A stretch of DNA of 64,000 nt from the human T2T-CHM13v2.0 reference genome, Homo sapiens (GCF_009914755.1 NC_060944.1); one strand, 5' to 3'; shown: positions 40,821-55,305, counted from the stretch's first letter. Made by a program: numbers and translations. The notes: a model not told the origin generated them from the sequence alone.

Positions 40821-42159
40821 TTATAGATTGGCCAAGAGATACTTGGTGGGAATGTTCTACACTTTCAGATGCCATGAGGCATCTTCACTCCGCTCTCTGT
40901 CGTCTTAGCCTAATTCAAGTTATGGCCATACACTCAGCTACTCTGAGTCCCTTAATGTAACCATCTCATTCGTTTCCTTTGCAGTGGAATAGCACAAACA
41001 AATTAAAACTCAAAGCAAGCACCAAAGAATAACTGTGTTATATTGCTAATGAAATATCTAAAGCATGGATTGTAATCAGACATCCAAATATAAATGTTTT
41101 AGTTTTGCTCCCTGATCATTTCTGATAAACACTTTGGCTTTGCCTTGGCATTTATCTTCCTAAAGCAGACTGGTATTACAATGTACGGTTCCAGTAACAT
41201 TATCTCTGAATTATAAGATCCACCTTGAACAAGGCTCCAGCACAAAGGTATTAGAATGTGCTGATGACAAGCAGACACTCTTCTACTGCTGAAAAACAAT
41301 GGCTGACACTTCTGTACGAACAGACAGAAGGCACATCAAAGGAAGCCTTTTACAGAGAAAAATTGTGTGATGCCCACTTTAATCTCTCTAGAAATCTATG
41401 CACGAACTGAACCCAATTTCATTTTTCACATAAATGCTAAGGCTTGATACAAGGACATCTTTTTCTTTACAGTTAAAAGATGAAGAGACAAAAGATACGC
41501 TAGCATAGCCTTTGAACTTTTTAAAGCTCTATCAATGGACCATGATACTTAACCACTGATACAAGGGCAGAGATTTTACAATAGCTGCATTTAAAGCATT
41601 CTGACTAAAACCAGTCATTATTATAGATTAAAGAAAGGCATTAATATCCACGTTTTCCTTAAAGCTGCATAGTTTTTATACTTTTAACCCTTTGATCAAT
41701 TAACAAAGGTCTAAAAAGGTAAGATTGTAATACCAGAAGGATCTGTAAAACTACCGTGGCGTGGGGATGTAATTTGAAGGGGACTGCATTCATTTCCTGG
41801 ATGAGGAAGGATGCATAAAAAGCATCTTTTTGGGTGAGAATGCGGGAAGCAGTCCTCCAGTGAATGAATGGCTTCAAACTGAGATAGTCCAGATAGTGAC
41901 TCTTCTGACATTGCATCATTTTCTGGGGGCATGGGAGAACTATGAAACGATGTCTCCAGGTGCCTCTTGATCTTCACCTTTTTCCCCTTGTATCTCTGGA
42001 TCCCTCTTGAGCCTTGGCTGTCCCATACCAGGTGCCCCTAAATGTGAAGCTGGTGCTATTTGTCTTTTATAGTTGCAGCCACCTCAATCTTCCAGCATCC
42101 CTAACTTCTTTCTGCCTGTCAGGCTGCTGTGCAAGGCGTACCACATGACATCCTCATAA

Positions 42160-42330
42160 GGTGGAGTCCAGCTTTGTGGTCAGAATGCCTGTGCGCCAGG
42201 CCCACCATAACCATTATAAAGTGCTTGAGGAAGTCATGTGACTCCTCTGGGCCTGTTTCCGCATGGCTAAATGATGAACACAGTGGTGCCCACATGAAGT
42301 GCTTAGTACAGTGCACAACAAAAGCTAAGT
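42160..42330 (+). mobile_element. MIR
   Basis: gctttgtggtcaga, aagtcatgtgactcctctgggcctgtttcc, aagtgcttagtacagtgc. Confidence 0.55.
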
Positions 42331-42483
42331 CCTGGATAGCTGTTAGCCACTATTCTCCCCTCTCAGATCTGGAAGAAACCATGGGGGAATCTCGAGTCCA
42401 TCTCTCACAGCAGCAGCAATCCTTTCTTCCTAGTCCTTGGGCATCTGTGAATCCCTGCTAAGGGGCTGCTTAATGCCTTAGGG

Positions 42484-42655
42484 CAGCAGCTCCCATTCCT
42501 GGCTGCGCATGAGAATCACCTAGTGGTTAATCGGCACTGATGCCTGGCCCCCATTCCAAACCAAGTTACCCAGAATCTGTGGGGTGGGTGCTGGGCATCA
42601 GTCAATATTGGAACCCCCATGTGATTATATGTGCAGCCAGGGTTGGGAACCATGG
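42484..42655. mobile_element. MER5-family MITE
   Basis: ctggctgcgcatgagaatcacct ... cagaatctgtggggtggg ... gcagccagggttgggaacca. Confidence 0.7.
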
Positions 42656-42949
42656 TTTATGGCAACACAACACACACACACTTCCTCTGGAATCCTCCCC
42701 TCTGTACAGGGCCACAGAATGGGACAGAAGGACCTCCAGGGGCCTGTAAGCAAGAAATGTGTCAGATACGTGTTAAAAAGGAATGCAAATTCACGGCTTG
42801 CATTTATTTTAATACAAAAATGTTGTATATGATTAACTATCAAGTACTGCTGATGATCTGCAAAGGCACGCTGTGTGTCTCCTGGGACTCTCCTACACCC
42901 TAGCACATCACCTCGTTTCCCAATTTGAGGAGATCTTACTTATTTCAAG

Positions 42950-43288
42950 AAATTTTAAAACTTTTTATTGACAAATACACACACGCACAGACACACACAC
43001 ACAGTACACAGAAGTATAAAGCTCAATGAATTTTCACAAATTAAACACACTCATGTTATCAGCACCCCAATAAAAAATCACCAGCACCTTCCTGCTGCTT
43101 TCCAGACACTCTCCCCCTTACTGGAAGGATAACTCCTCTCCTGATACACTGCAGATTAGCCTAGCAAATACTGTCAGTTTCCCCAAGTGGTTGATTGAGC
43201 CAATTTACATTCCCACCAGCAGCATTTCAGAGTTCTAGTTGTTCTATAGTCTCACCAACACTTGGTATTTTTCACATTAATTTTAATA
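42950..43288 (-). mobile_element. Ancient L1 (L1ME-type) fragment
   Basis: gctcaatgaattttcacaaa, caatttacattcccaccagcag, ctcaccaacacttggtatt. Confidence 0.65.
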
Positions 43289-43767
43289 CAGTAGCCAGTC
43301 CCCCCTTCTCCGTGACTTCCTTTTCCATAAGTTTGTTACCTGCAGTCAAGCAAGGTCTGAAAATATTAAATGGAAGATTCCAGAAGTAATTCGTGTTTTA
43401 AACTGCACACTGTCTGTCCTTTTGTCCAGCGGGTCCACGCCGCATGCGCTGCCTATTAGTCACTTATCAGATCAACAGCCACAGGATCACCTGTGTTCTG
43501 TGTTGCATGTGCCTGTGTTCGAGTAACTCTTATTTTACTCAATAATGTCCCCAAAGTGCAAAAGTAGTGACGCTGGCATATTGTCATAATTGTTACATTT
43601 TATTATTAGTTATTATTAATCTCTTTGTCTAATTTAGAAGGAAACTTCATAATAGGTATGTATGTGTAGGAAAAACGTAGAATATAAAGGTTTTGGTACT
43701 ATCTGAGGTTTCAGGCATCCACTGGGCATCTTGGAATGTATCCCCTGTAGATAAGGGGAAGCTACTG
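43289..43767. mobile_element. MER44 (Tigger-derived) non-autonomous DNA transposon
   Basis: TA|cagtag...tcccccttctcc ... gataaggggaagctactg|TA; internal gtctgaaaatattaaatggaa and tttcaggcatccactggg. Confidence 0.8.
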
Positions 43768-44948
43768 TAACTTGAGATGCTCGAATGTAATGTCTGACTA
43801 TTCCATAAGTGCCTGAGTTTTGCAAGGAGATTCATGAAGATGGAAGCCTATTACACCCAAAGTGCTGAATTTTGCATGGCAGAAAGGCAGATGATGGAGT
43901 AAATATATTGGTCAGATGTTGGTTCTGAGTATGGGGGCCACTGAATGACATTTACTCTGTTCTTGGAACTGGAAGCTGGGGAGATCCCCCACGGAATCTA
44001 ATCTGGCCTTTGGCTCCAACTGTGGCCCTGACTAGTCCACATCACTCAGAAATGGGTGCTTCTTCAAATTCTTGTTTTTGAAATAAACCATAACAAAAAA
44101 AGGCCAATCAACCCACCCACCCAATTAGGCTATTTTCTCCATGGCTGGGGATGGGTAAAGGGATCTATAGCATAGCCTCCAAACAGTACTTTCCTCTCAA
44201 TGCCAAAAAACTTCTGATTAATGGTCAAACAGGTTCTTAGGAATTACACTTCCATGTAATTTTCATTATAAATAAATTTAATTGCCCAATGTGTTTAATA
44301 TTTTTAGAACTAGTATGTAAAGAAGTATAATCTTAAAAAGAAAAACTGGCAAAATCCAGCAACTGCTTTGAAAGAAGCTGTAAGATTTGAACTCAAAAGC
44401 ATTTTCTGAAAAGCTGGACTCAGAGCCAAAGCTAATGCATTCTGCTAGCACTAAACAATGCACATTTGCTTTGGAAAAAACATTTTTTTTTTTAATGACT
44501 GAATTTACAAACATAGTCCATTTTCTTCTTAGAGCTAAAGTATCATCTCTCTTGCTGGGGCACTTTTTTTTTTTCTTTTTCTTTCAAAATCCTCTTTAAC
44601 AGGAGCTGTGGTTAGTAAAATCTTATATTCTTACTTGAGCATATGTTCTTCATAGAAACCCAAACTGTGACCTCTTTGGATTGCTGAATGAATGTATATG
44701 TTTCTAGTTAGTAAGTGTGAACTGTTAAAACTCACATAAAACACAAAAATTTGAGATATCCCCCTCTCAACTTCCCCATTTTGAGGGTTTCACATAAAAA
44801 CAAGTGAAAAACATTTAGAGAAATGAAAAAACATTCTGAATATATTATAAATTGGTTAAACACATATGCTGGCAGATTATCAATCTTTTGTTTTGAAAAC
44901 CACCACATCATCTTACAGTGAAAGAGGTAAATTTTCAAACTATTCTGC

Positions 44949-44998
44949 TGCCATTACTTTTAAAGGCAAAAACCGCAATTACTTTTGCACCAATCTAA
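44949..44998. mobile_element. MADE1 (Hsmar1 MITE), one arm plus spacer
   Basis: tgccattacttttaaaggcaaaaaccgcaattacttttgcaccaatctaa closely matches the MADE1 right half. Confidence 0.85.
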
Positions 44999-46133
44999 AT
45001 AGGTTTTGAAATCAACAAGGAGGAGAGGAGAATGATGATTAAGAGGAGAACAGCAGCCACCAGAAGCAAAAGAAATGACAGTACCTTGGCTTTGCAGGAT
45101 TGCTGTGGAAAGCAAATGCATTACTACGCATAAAGAGATGAATGACACTGCACTGCTCAGCACTGCCCTGGGTTATACAAAGCTGACCTGCGTGGCTACA
45201 GGTATAATGCAGAGGGCAAATATTCCACTGGGCCTGGTGGTTCTACATAAATGATAAAGTGAGTGACTTCCTGGGTTGAACTAGTTCCTGCAGATTCAAA
45301 ATGTGTCTGAGGCTGTGACAGGGTGAGGACACTGCAGGCATTCTCTGGAGTGACAAGTCACCGAGCCTCTTTGGCTGGCTGTGCCCAAACTCGCACTTAG
45401 GAAATGTTCTAAGGCCAAATTCCACTCTGGAACTCTCAGGCTGCCATAGTTCTGCTAAGTTTTAGTTTGATGGCCCATTTGTCATGAAGTCAAACCCCAG
45501 TTAAACTGATTTCTCAGCTGATTGGCAGGGATAGCATTTTAATTATCTTGCTTGTAGATTTCAACATTTTAATACAATTGCATATAAAGCAAAGATAACT
45601 TTTTTCCATTTGTGCTTTTCATTTCATTAAGATAAAAGTGGTTTGAGTCTCTTTTTCAATGGGTTGATAAAGGAAGGGGGCTATCCATTGTCCAGCACCA
45701 GAAGGAGGTCAGCTGTCTGACTTGGTGGCAGTATTGAGAATTTGCTAACATGGCAAGCAATTCGAAAGTTTCCCAGGCAAAGATGCATTTCATTTGTTAA
45801 TTGATTTTTAAAGACTTTATCATGAAAACAGGATTGGAGACACTGCATACAATAAACAAAAATAACATTCACTGGGCACAATGCCCAGAGAAACCAGCTA
45901 CACAAACACAACACTAAAGGAAAAAGATGGTCCCGAAGAGAGGCCAAAATGGTTCAAGATGCAGAGAGCTCAACAGCAAGGGGCTCCAGAGAAGCTTCAC
46001 AAACACAATCCTGAGCCCTGGCAGATGTCCTGTCAAGGCAGCTAAACCCTCATCACAGCACCTGTGCACAGATTCCTCTGGTTAGTAAACAAAGTTGCTA
46101 TTCACATATTCTCTATGCTTTGTAATGCAAAAA

Positions 46134-46223
46134 ATTAGGTTGAATTATATCAAATTGCCTTTTTTTTTTTTTAACTAGGTCAAACAGTCAAATATCAACA
46201 ACTTCATGCACTTCAACCCAACA
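46134..46223. mobile_element. MADE2-like mariner MITE
   Basis: attaggttgaattatatcaaattgcc ... taggtcaaa...gtcaaatatc ... ttcaacccaaca. Confidence 0.7.
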
Positions 46224-49200
46224 TAAAATAAGGAGTGGAACTCATCTCACAATGTCTCTCATTTTTTTGTCATCATGAAGCTCTTTTTCTGGGCACCTGT
46301 AGAGAGGATGAGGTAGGACAGTCTCTTGCCTACTGGACTGAGCCACATCGACAGTATCTGAGGATCTCTGCCCCGCATCCTCAGTGTAGCCAGCAATGTG
46401 CCAGGTCCCTGATGCATGCAATTCTACAAATGTTAGAGAAGGGAGAGAAACAAGGGGGCATCATTCTGCCTTCCTTGTGCTCCAATTATTCTTCCAACTC
46501 TTAATCCCTTTTGCTTTTATCCTCATGGAACATGGGGTACTTAATGTGAAACAACTTTAACGTTCATTTTTTCCAATGTATTAACTTTATAATGGCTAGA
46601 TGAGAACACAAATATAGTCCCTCCCCAGTTTGGATGGGGGTAAGTAAAAATTGTTTTTGAAAAATGAATATTCAGATGTATTTTTCACCATTATAGGAAT
46701 AAGAGTTAATATTGTGATGAAAAGAGCTGAATACAACATGAATGTAGAACTCTATCATATTTCAAGACAGAAAGAATTTTTTCTAGGACTTGAGAGTACT
46801 TGACCGAGTAGAGTGTAGTTTAATCTCAATGTTAAATAGTCTTTAAGAAAAGGCAGATAATCCATAGGTTGTCCGGTTGTTAAAAATCAGGATTAAGCTC
46901 CTGGTCTTAGTTAATAGATGTGTTAAGTAAATGAATGTGGCTAGTTTTATGCTATCTGCCATATAATATCAAATTTATCAGGTCTTTGAAGAGGTGCCAA
47001 CAAAACACCTCTAAATCCAGACAGAATTTTAGAACACACTAATAATTAAACAGATAATGAAATTTAAAAAATATATTACTTGAGTGTTACTATTTTCCAA
47101 GAAACACAGTTGTTACTCCATTATTTTTAATAGAATCTATCCTACAAAGTTTCCCAGGCAATTCTACGAAAAGATATTGGAAAACAGAAATAGCATTTTT
47201 GACATTCAAGCATTTCTACAACTTTAATTTCAGAAGGAAAAACCTCAAAGTAACAAATATATTTTTAGGGTACTGAAAGAAAATATAGCTTTAAAAAAAT
47301 GTTAATCTTTACTCTCAGTGAAGAGAATGACTATGAAAACTGACCAGTGATTTACTTACTCAAAAAGCGACCTGACTTTGGGTTTATGAATGTATATTGA
47401 AAAAAAAAAAAAAAGGTAAATCTGCCTTCAAGTTACGACTTAACAGGAGTTCGGTGAGTCCATAATTAGCACCTCCCATGGCGGGTTTTCTAGAATCTTA
47501 ACACAGAAAACCTGGAATGCACATCTTATTTAACAACCTGAGGAGACAGAGAGCTTTTCACAGGCAAAAACACATTATGAAGTTCATTAATTAAACAGTG
47601 CGGGTGGAGCAGATGGATGCTACCTACGCTTGAATGACGCTAAATTGGGACAGAGGTTTGCAGTCCTTAATGAAGCTCCATAAAATGAATGATTACATAG
47701 TGATCACAAGTAAACAAACCTGAGAGAAGAGCTGGATTATAGGGCAACAAGTCCTGCAACATGGTAACAAGAAGACCAACATGCATGGAAGCACCTAGTA
47801 CACAGAGAGGCTTTGACATCATTCAATCCCAGACCATCCCCAGGGTTGAGGAAAGCTGTGTGAGTCTACAAAGAGTTAAACATGAAATGACAGTCGGTGG
47901 GGCAATAATATAAAAATGCCTGGCCATGGAAATGAAGGGAGCAGAAACCTTTTTGTCACATAAAATCCATTATTGAGAATAAGACACTCAAGTTTCCTTT
48001 TATCTTCACAGAAAAACAGATGCAAAATGTCAGGTACTTGGGCTTTTTAAACTAAAAGGCTTAGCAAAAGCAGCTAGCCAGCTAATGTGGGCATTAAGAT
48101 TATTTTTCAATCATACTTTCCCCTGTCACTAATTAATTCTTCACTTTTTCAGCTATTGTTAAGCCCTTAACTTTTTTTTTTCCCCCGGACCTAATTAGCT
48201 TGTGATGCACATGAACTTGCATGTCTGCTCCAAAGATATCTTTTGAACTCATGGGGTAGAATAGAAATCATTTTGATATTAAAAATTTCCTATAAATATA
48301 TGCTGTTGTCTGGAACTTATTAGGTTAGAATGACCTATTATGTCTTCCAACTTATACAAAATATAATTTCATTAACAGTAATTGACAACTTTAGAACAAG
48401 AATGGCCCGAAGACATGTGGTAGCTACACCTTACAGCAAGCATTAGAGGTCAGCAGTAGTCAATGGGGATGCCCTGCTCTGCTGCCAGAGCCATGACTGT
48501 GGATTCTCTGTATGCCTTCAGATGATACTCTTATTTTCATCCTCGCTTCCTGGGCTTTGATTTTCTCTTTCTCATTATACATGGCCTTTATGTAAGCTCT
48601 TTCAAATCTATTTTAGAGAGAGGTAGAATATAAATGGATTCCACATATACAAATAAATATCTTGCTAGCAAAAAGACAGAAAAATCACTGTGATGGAACT
48701 GCGTCCTCAACTATTTCTCAAGGCAAAAGCACACTAACTAACATCAATTAGATGCTTATTTTGGGATGGACTCTAAGTGGGATATGCCAGTAAGAATATT
48801 TAAACTTAATATTTTCACTGCTTTTTAATTTGGAAGCTACATGTATTTAGGTGTAAGAGATGTACACATGGTATCAAAACGGGAATACTTTCCATCCTAA
48901 CTTAACGATAATTTTGTTTTCATATTTATTCCATACAATCAAGGTTTAAAAGGCTAGGATTCACTTGGTAACAATAATGAGAGAACAAGCTAAAACTAAT
49001 TGGAATTGCTTCACTTTCTGAAAGCTATATCATTTTGATGGTCTCCTATTCTTAGGTCAAAAGTGTGCACAAATGAGAAACAGCAGGCGGCCATAGAGTC
49101 AGGTTGGTCTGGGCTCTCATCCCAGCCCTGCCCTGGCTGTGGGCCCCAGGCCAAGACCCAGCTTCCTCGAGCTTCACTCTCCCCATCTGTGGGTTAACAC

Positions 49201-51469
49201 AGTCCCATTCTGCAGGGTTGTCGCCAAGAGTGAGAATAATGGTCCAACAGTCCTTCTGGGTGCCTGTGATCAGCCTGCGCTTTTGCACATCGTGCACTGA
49301 TGTTCCAAACTGCCTTTTGGAGCTGAGTTTACTCTCTGGTCCATTGGCTGATGAGAAAGCATTTTATCAGTTACATGCAGACACTAACTACTGACCAAGA
49401 GTTCAGGCTCAGCAGTGTCTCCACTTCTGTCCTTAGGTAATTATTTGAATACTCCAGTGAATTTTGCCCTCATTTCATAAAAATGAGTGGTAATAGGATA
49501 AAATAAAAGTACTAGTAGGAGCAACAACAAACATAGCTCTCAAACTCAAGGCAGTGAAAGCAAAACTAGAAATCCTCACATATGCCAAACGTGGAGAATT
49601 TTAAGTGCCTAATAAATTTTTAGGCACACCAAATACACACCAGCTTATTTCCAATGGCAAAGAGCAAAATTAGAGAGCATGCTTGAAAAATGGCATCAAA
49701 ACTGGAATATAGAAAGTGAGGCCCACTTAGAAATTTTATATATTTTTGTTTCATTTTCAGAGAATAGAATGCCCTTTATAAGTTAGATGTGCATTTGAAT
49801 TCCTATCTGTAGATCAGAAAGCAAAAACTTCAGACTTAAACATGAAACCAAAATGAAACATCAATTCTGAGTGTCTAGCCTGCTCCCCAAAAGACATCTT
49901 TTGGGCTTCCAAAAAGTAATCTATTTTTAAAAAAATCTATATTACCCTCTTAGGTTGAAGTTCCTTTATAAATTCATTCATTTGCCAAATTCTGATTGCA
50001 AAAGTGCTCATGTGCCAGACTGGCTACAAAACACTTACTGATCCATAATTAGAAACTGCCTAATCATTTCATGGTTGCAATTCCTGACTCTGAAATGTTT
50101 AAATAAAATGTTCAGTAAAAGGTTATTTATAAAAGAACCAATATTTTGATCACTACTTCAAAGGGAGGCCTGATTGTGTAAATGCAAATAACTGCCTTAT
50201 TTTAGTACTTAAGGTCTCAGATTGAATGTAGCTATCTATTAGCACAACTGATCCAAAGTTTAGGAGGGACATTCTTTTAGAAGATCCCATGTATTTATTT
50301 TCTAGTTTGAAAAATGGACATTTTAATATAAATTTATAATCTAAATTTCTGTTGCCAGAATTTGGTTAAGTGGGCCTTATTTAGTATACTAGAAGAGACT
50401 ATGCAAAATCATATTCCACAAAAGAATCAACATTCTCTTATAGCTTTAAAATACTATAATGTGAGCTTGAAATGCTCCACACCTGAATTGATAAGAGCAT
50501 TAGGCAGTAGTTTCTATGAAGCTTTTAAAAGAGAAAGTTAACTTCTACTAAACAATTACAAGTGTTCAACTAATACAGTGTCTTCTGACCGATTTTCTAA
50601 TAACAGCTTTTAAAATAAATCTACCAAACTGTTTTGACTCTTCCAATGTAAAAAAGAAATTGAAAGTTAAAGCTTAAAAATTCCCCATATAGAGAGGAAA
50701 TAAACTTAAAATAGAAATTTAAAATAACTTCAATCCAAAGTAAAGCAAATCGTTTCATACACTTTCAGTAAGTATAACAAATTTTATATAGTGACCCAAA
50801 AGTCACCATTGTAGAGCTTTGCAACTCAAGACGTTTTAGCTGGAGGGGTTAAAAGTGTGGGTGTGGAAGTCAGCTTTTGTTTGAAAAATTAGCAATGCTA
50901 TGAGTCATCGTGCATTAGCTGCAGAAGAGTTTTGCATCTTGTACGAATCCAGACACCATATGCCATGCGAAGGCCTATTACTTTATTCGGTGCCACCGCT
51001 GACAGGCAGCCACGTGGGTATCCCCAGCGGAAGGGCTGTCTCCTCCCGGCGGCGAGGACAGGAACCCAGTGAGCTGAACACATCCGACATTGTACGGAGC
51101 AGCAGGAACAGCTGGTAAGCTAGCAAGCGGCAACGGCCCAGCGAGGAGCGTGGATGCTAATGAGCCTGGCGACAATGCCGGCCTTCAGAGGGGTAAGTGC
51201 AATGTCGGCCGGCATGTTCCCACAACAGCCTCAAGAGTAGAATCTGCTCGTTCATGCCTTCAGTCTCATTAAAGCATGATACTGGTATTTGTGGCTTATC
51301 AAAATCAGCTGTAAATCACAAGTTATAAATCCGACCAACAGATCCAACATGATTTAAAATGTTGCACTGAAATGCAAGTAAAATTCCACAGGCATCTTTG
51401 GGTCCTGATGGAGAGGTGTTGACCAGGCACTGGGGTGGTGGGGAGCCGTGAGTTGATGGCACAGGTGGA

Positions 51470-51740
51470 GCAGCTGCTGCTGGTTCAGGTCCTGGTTACC
51501 ATTCACAAAACTGTGTGGCCTCAGGCAAGTTATTTAACTTTTCTGGGCTTCTGTTCCCTCAACTATATTTTTTAAACATAAAAAAGTTTGTGACATAATA
51601 GATTGTGTTAAGACATTGCATTGCGTTTGCATAATACATTAAAATAGGATCATAATTGTGCCTTCCTGATAGGATTGCTTAATAACTGAATAAAATATGT
51701 GAGGTTCTTAGTGCCTGGGACAGAGCAAAGAATGGTGCAG
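51470..51740 (+). mobile_element. MIR
   Basis: tgtgtggcctcaggcaagttatttaactt, cttagtgcctggg. Confidence 0.55.
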
Positions 51741-54700
51741 CTAAGTAAACAGATGTCTCTCCAGGTGACCCAAGAGGACAGCTCCAAGCAGCTTCACCTC
51801 CTGGTCTTGTTCTTCTCACACAAGACAAGACAGTAGCACATCTCCTTATGAGTGAGGGGTCTATGGCATGAGATGGGGGAAGGTGTCTGGCAGACACAGT
51901 GAGATGAGACAGCGATAAGAAGGGGAGGGAGTGATGTGTGCACATCTGGGTGCTGTGGACCCCAATCTGATTACTGCGGGGGGTGGGTTTGGGCTCCTAG
52001 CAGCATCTGAAGCTCCAAGATCACCAAGTTTCTTGATGGTTCCAGGTTTACCAAAGGCTCTTTTCCGCTGAAAGTCGTTTACTTTTTCTGAATGCTCCTT
52101 TCTTCCATCAAGTCCCTGTGACGCCTATTCACCCTCCAATTGCCAGGTCACAGGCCCTCTGTGGGACGCCTTGAGGCTCTGGGCTGCACTCTGCATCACA
52201 GCCATGAGGAAACTGTGCACTGCTCTCTTCCCTAATGTGCTCTGTATTCAACAAAGAGCCCCTCCAGGGTGGGCACCGGGCCTTCCATTTGTGCACCCAC
52301 AGCAACAGCACAGTGCCTGGCATACAGGAAATGGCCGATGGGTATTTTGTTGAATGAATGAGTACACTAACGAAAAAAATGCTTTTGGACTTTTCAGAAT
52401 TGGTGTCTAGGAATATGAATGAGATTATCAGATTATCAGAATCAGTTGATTATTTTTTGTCAAGATTTTTTTAAGCCCTAAGTAAAAGACATTTTACTGA
52501 ATGATCATCTCCAGCAAGAAATGCACCTTGCACCTCTATATCGTAGGGCAGGATGTGTGTAAATATGAGAGAGAACTACCTGGTTCTTGGAGAAAAACTT
52601 GTTTCTCAGAAGTTTTCCTGTGAGCTAAGCTCAACTTAAGGGGTTCTCCGAAGGTGTTATCTGTACTCTGTGAAAAATGGAAAGGATGCAGTGGCCTGTG
52701 AGGTGCAGATTAGTGAAAGTGGCCTTAAAGGTGAGATGATCAGCATAGAGTTTAAAAGGCCACAGAGCTCGAAACAAAGATTACATCCCAGGAGAGACCT
52801 TTGTGTAAAATACAGTGTGTCATTCACTAATGAATTTGAGCATGTCTGAATTTGGAAACCAGTCCTCTCTGACCGGCAGGCAGCTGCTGAGGCTCTCGCA
52901 CACAGCAGGCATGACACTCGTGGCTCTATTGGCCACTGCTGCCTGCTCCTTATAGGACCAGCACACAACAGTGGCCAGAAACCCTGGTTCAAACTTGTCT
53001 CCCACATATTTGCTTTCTTCAGATCAGCCCTTAACTTTACGTTGTATCCTGAAATCCACAGATAAAATCAAGATAACTAGATATGGGAATGGAATGAGGA
53101 TTGGAAGCCAGGTAAAGAACTGAAGAGGCTTTTCCTGACTCCCCACTCTGCCTTCCAAGGATGCCACAGGGGTAGTTCCAAAGCTAATCCCTAGGGGAAG
53201 CTCCTTTGGCCTCAGTGGTCCAGGGAAAGACAGATCTTCACTCTCCAGCCTCTCACTTGGTCACAGCCATTCAAAGACGGTAGTGACATCCAATGTTCAT
53301 TGTCTTCTAATGATGTTTTGTGGGAAAGTACATGCTAGAGTAAGAATGCTCTTCAGTTACTGGCATTTCAAATATATATATATTTTTAAAGTTTTAATGT
53401 TTTAAAAATACCCAGACTAGAAATAATTACAGCACAAAGCCCAGGTCTGTAGTGACGCAGTGATGGTCTGGAGCAGCACCAGGGAGGGCTGGTACAAAGT
53501 CTGAGAAGGGAATGAATATCTGTCTGTAATTCACACATGCATACACAAACACAAACACATGTCCATTTCCCTGAATCAAGTTTCAGAGGAATGGTGATCC
53601 ATGACGGAGATTATAAAAAGTACACATTACAAACAGAATGTGTCCCTAGGAAGGGTGTTACGAATCTAAGCCCCGGAGCTGCTGCCTCCACAGTCCCGTG
53701 TAATGCCACCTAAGTGCTCTGCCTCGCATGACTTGCTGCAGGCTGCCACGGATTAGAGCTATCGATCGCTGCCTGCAGAAGGGTCTCGCTGTGCGAAAGG
53801 AAGGTGAGCGCTAGAGACAGACAGCTCAAGTATCGATCTGCTCTGGCAGAAGGCCGTGGTTCCAGATGCAGAGTGGCACTCCTTCACATCACCCATGAGT
53901 TACTATAACGTGCACGGAAACACTAAAGAGCTGGGGGATCGGGCCAAAGGCTGGAATGTCATCACCACCTCCTCGCCTGTCAGCTGGTCACGAGATCCAA
54001 AGATGCCATGTGAAATCTCTGGCTGTTTAAAAAACACAGGCAACAAAAGCCTAGGACGGGCATTCCTATGGTCTTCCAAGGCAGAACGGACAAACCACTG
54101 CCACAGAGGACTGCCAAGGGTCATGTTAAGAAGTGGTCAGAGAATGTGGATACATCTTTAAGAATGTTCCTCCAGCGGCTGAGAGGTTCACCAGAGCCAT
54201 CAGGCCGGCTCTTACTATAAAAAGACACAATCCTTTTCCCCACTAAAAGCTGATGCCTTCCCCTACTTAAAGCAAAACATTAAAAAAATTGGTCCAAACG
54301 GACATTCTCCTTAAAGAAATCTCAATGATACAATTTATATGGTTTTCAAAAGATTTTGGGGGAGACAACTTCCAAGGCACAAAGACATAAACTCATCTAA
54401 AAAGTCAAATACAATTATGAGGTACATCAAAACTCATGATTTTTGAAAGCAATATAAAATTAGGATTCATGAGACCAAGTTAAAGTGAAAATAAGGAGCT
54501 CAAGGAAATCAAGTGTAACAGGAACAAAATGCACGCTTTCAACACTTGCTTCTGTGGACACAGGAGCAGAGTGAACTCTATTGCTTTCATGACTTAACTC
54601 TCTGGATTTAGAAGTCATTATTTAAATCAGTTATCTTTTCAGTATCCATATTAAGTCATTTCCTCCCATGCACATTGTAAAGACATCCTGTGGTGTAATT

Positions 54701-54989
54701 ACATAAATGGCACTAGAGTCTACTTTCCCCTAATTAGAAATTCCTTAAAATGTTTGCATTTCTGATTTTAATCCAACTAACATCTACTGACTTCTTATGA
54801 TGTTAGATGCCGGAGACTGAAAGATGAATAACACATAGCTTTACCTTTAAGGAGCTTGCTGACCAGTGGAGGGGCAGATGCCTCATAGTGAGCCCCTCAC
54901 CCAGTGTGGTCAGTGCTACACCAGCTATGGAAGACAGAGAGAAATGTCCGTTGGCCTGTGGCCCTCCTTGGACAGGCAGGCTGCTGCTT

Positions 54990-55305
54990 ATCTCACAACA
55001 GGCTCACTCTCCTCCCTTGAATCTAGGCTGGCCTTGTGACCTGCTGTGGCCAAATAGTTCTGAGACTTCCAAAGTGCTATTGTGAAGAAGCTGGCACCTC
55101 CACCTGGATCTCTGGAGCCTGTAGCAGCCATGTCAGAAGCCTGACTGCTGCGAGAAGACCCAAACTAGCCAAGTGGAGGGGCTGCTGAGCCAGGTATGCC
55201 TGGCCAGCCCCAAGCTGTTCCAGCTATGCCAATGCAGGTGCCAGATGTAAGAGACCCTGGGTAAGAACCATCCAGCTGAGCCCAGTCAACCCACAGAACC
55301 ATAGA
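54990..55305 (+). mobile_element. MaLR LTR fragment (MLT1G/H-like)
   Basis: ctcctcccttgaatctaggctggccttgtgacctgc, agccatgt, ccagctgagcccagtcaacccacagaacc. Confidence 0.7.

Noticed and set aside
47360-47537. 178-nt U2 pseudo-exon (ctcctcag|...TGA|gtaagt)
   Set aside because: Contains a long U run and early stops; indistinguishable from background pseudo-exons.
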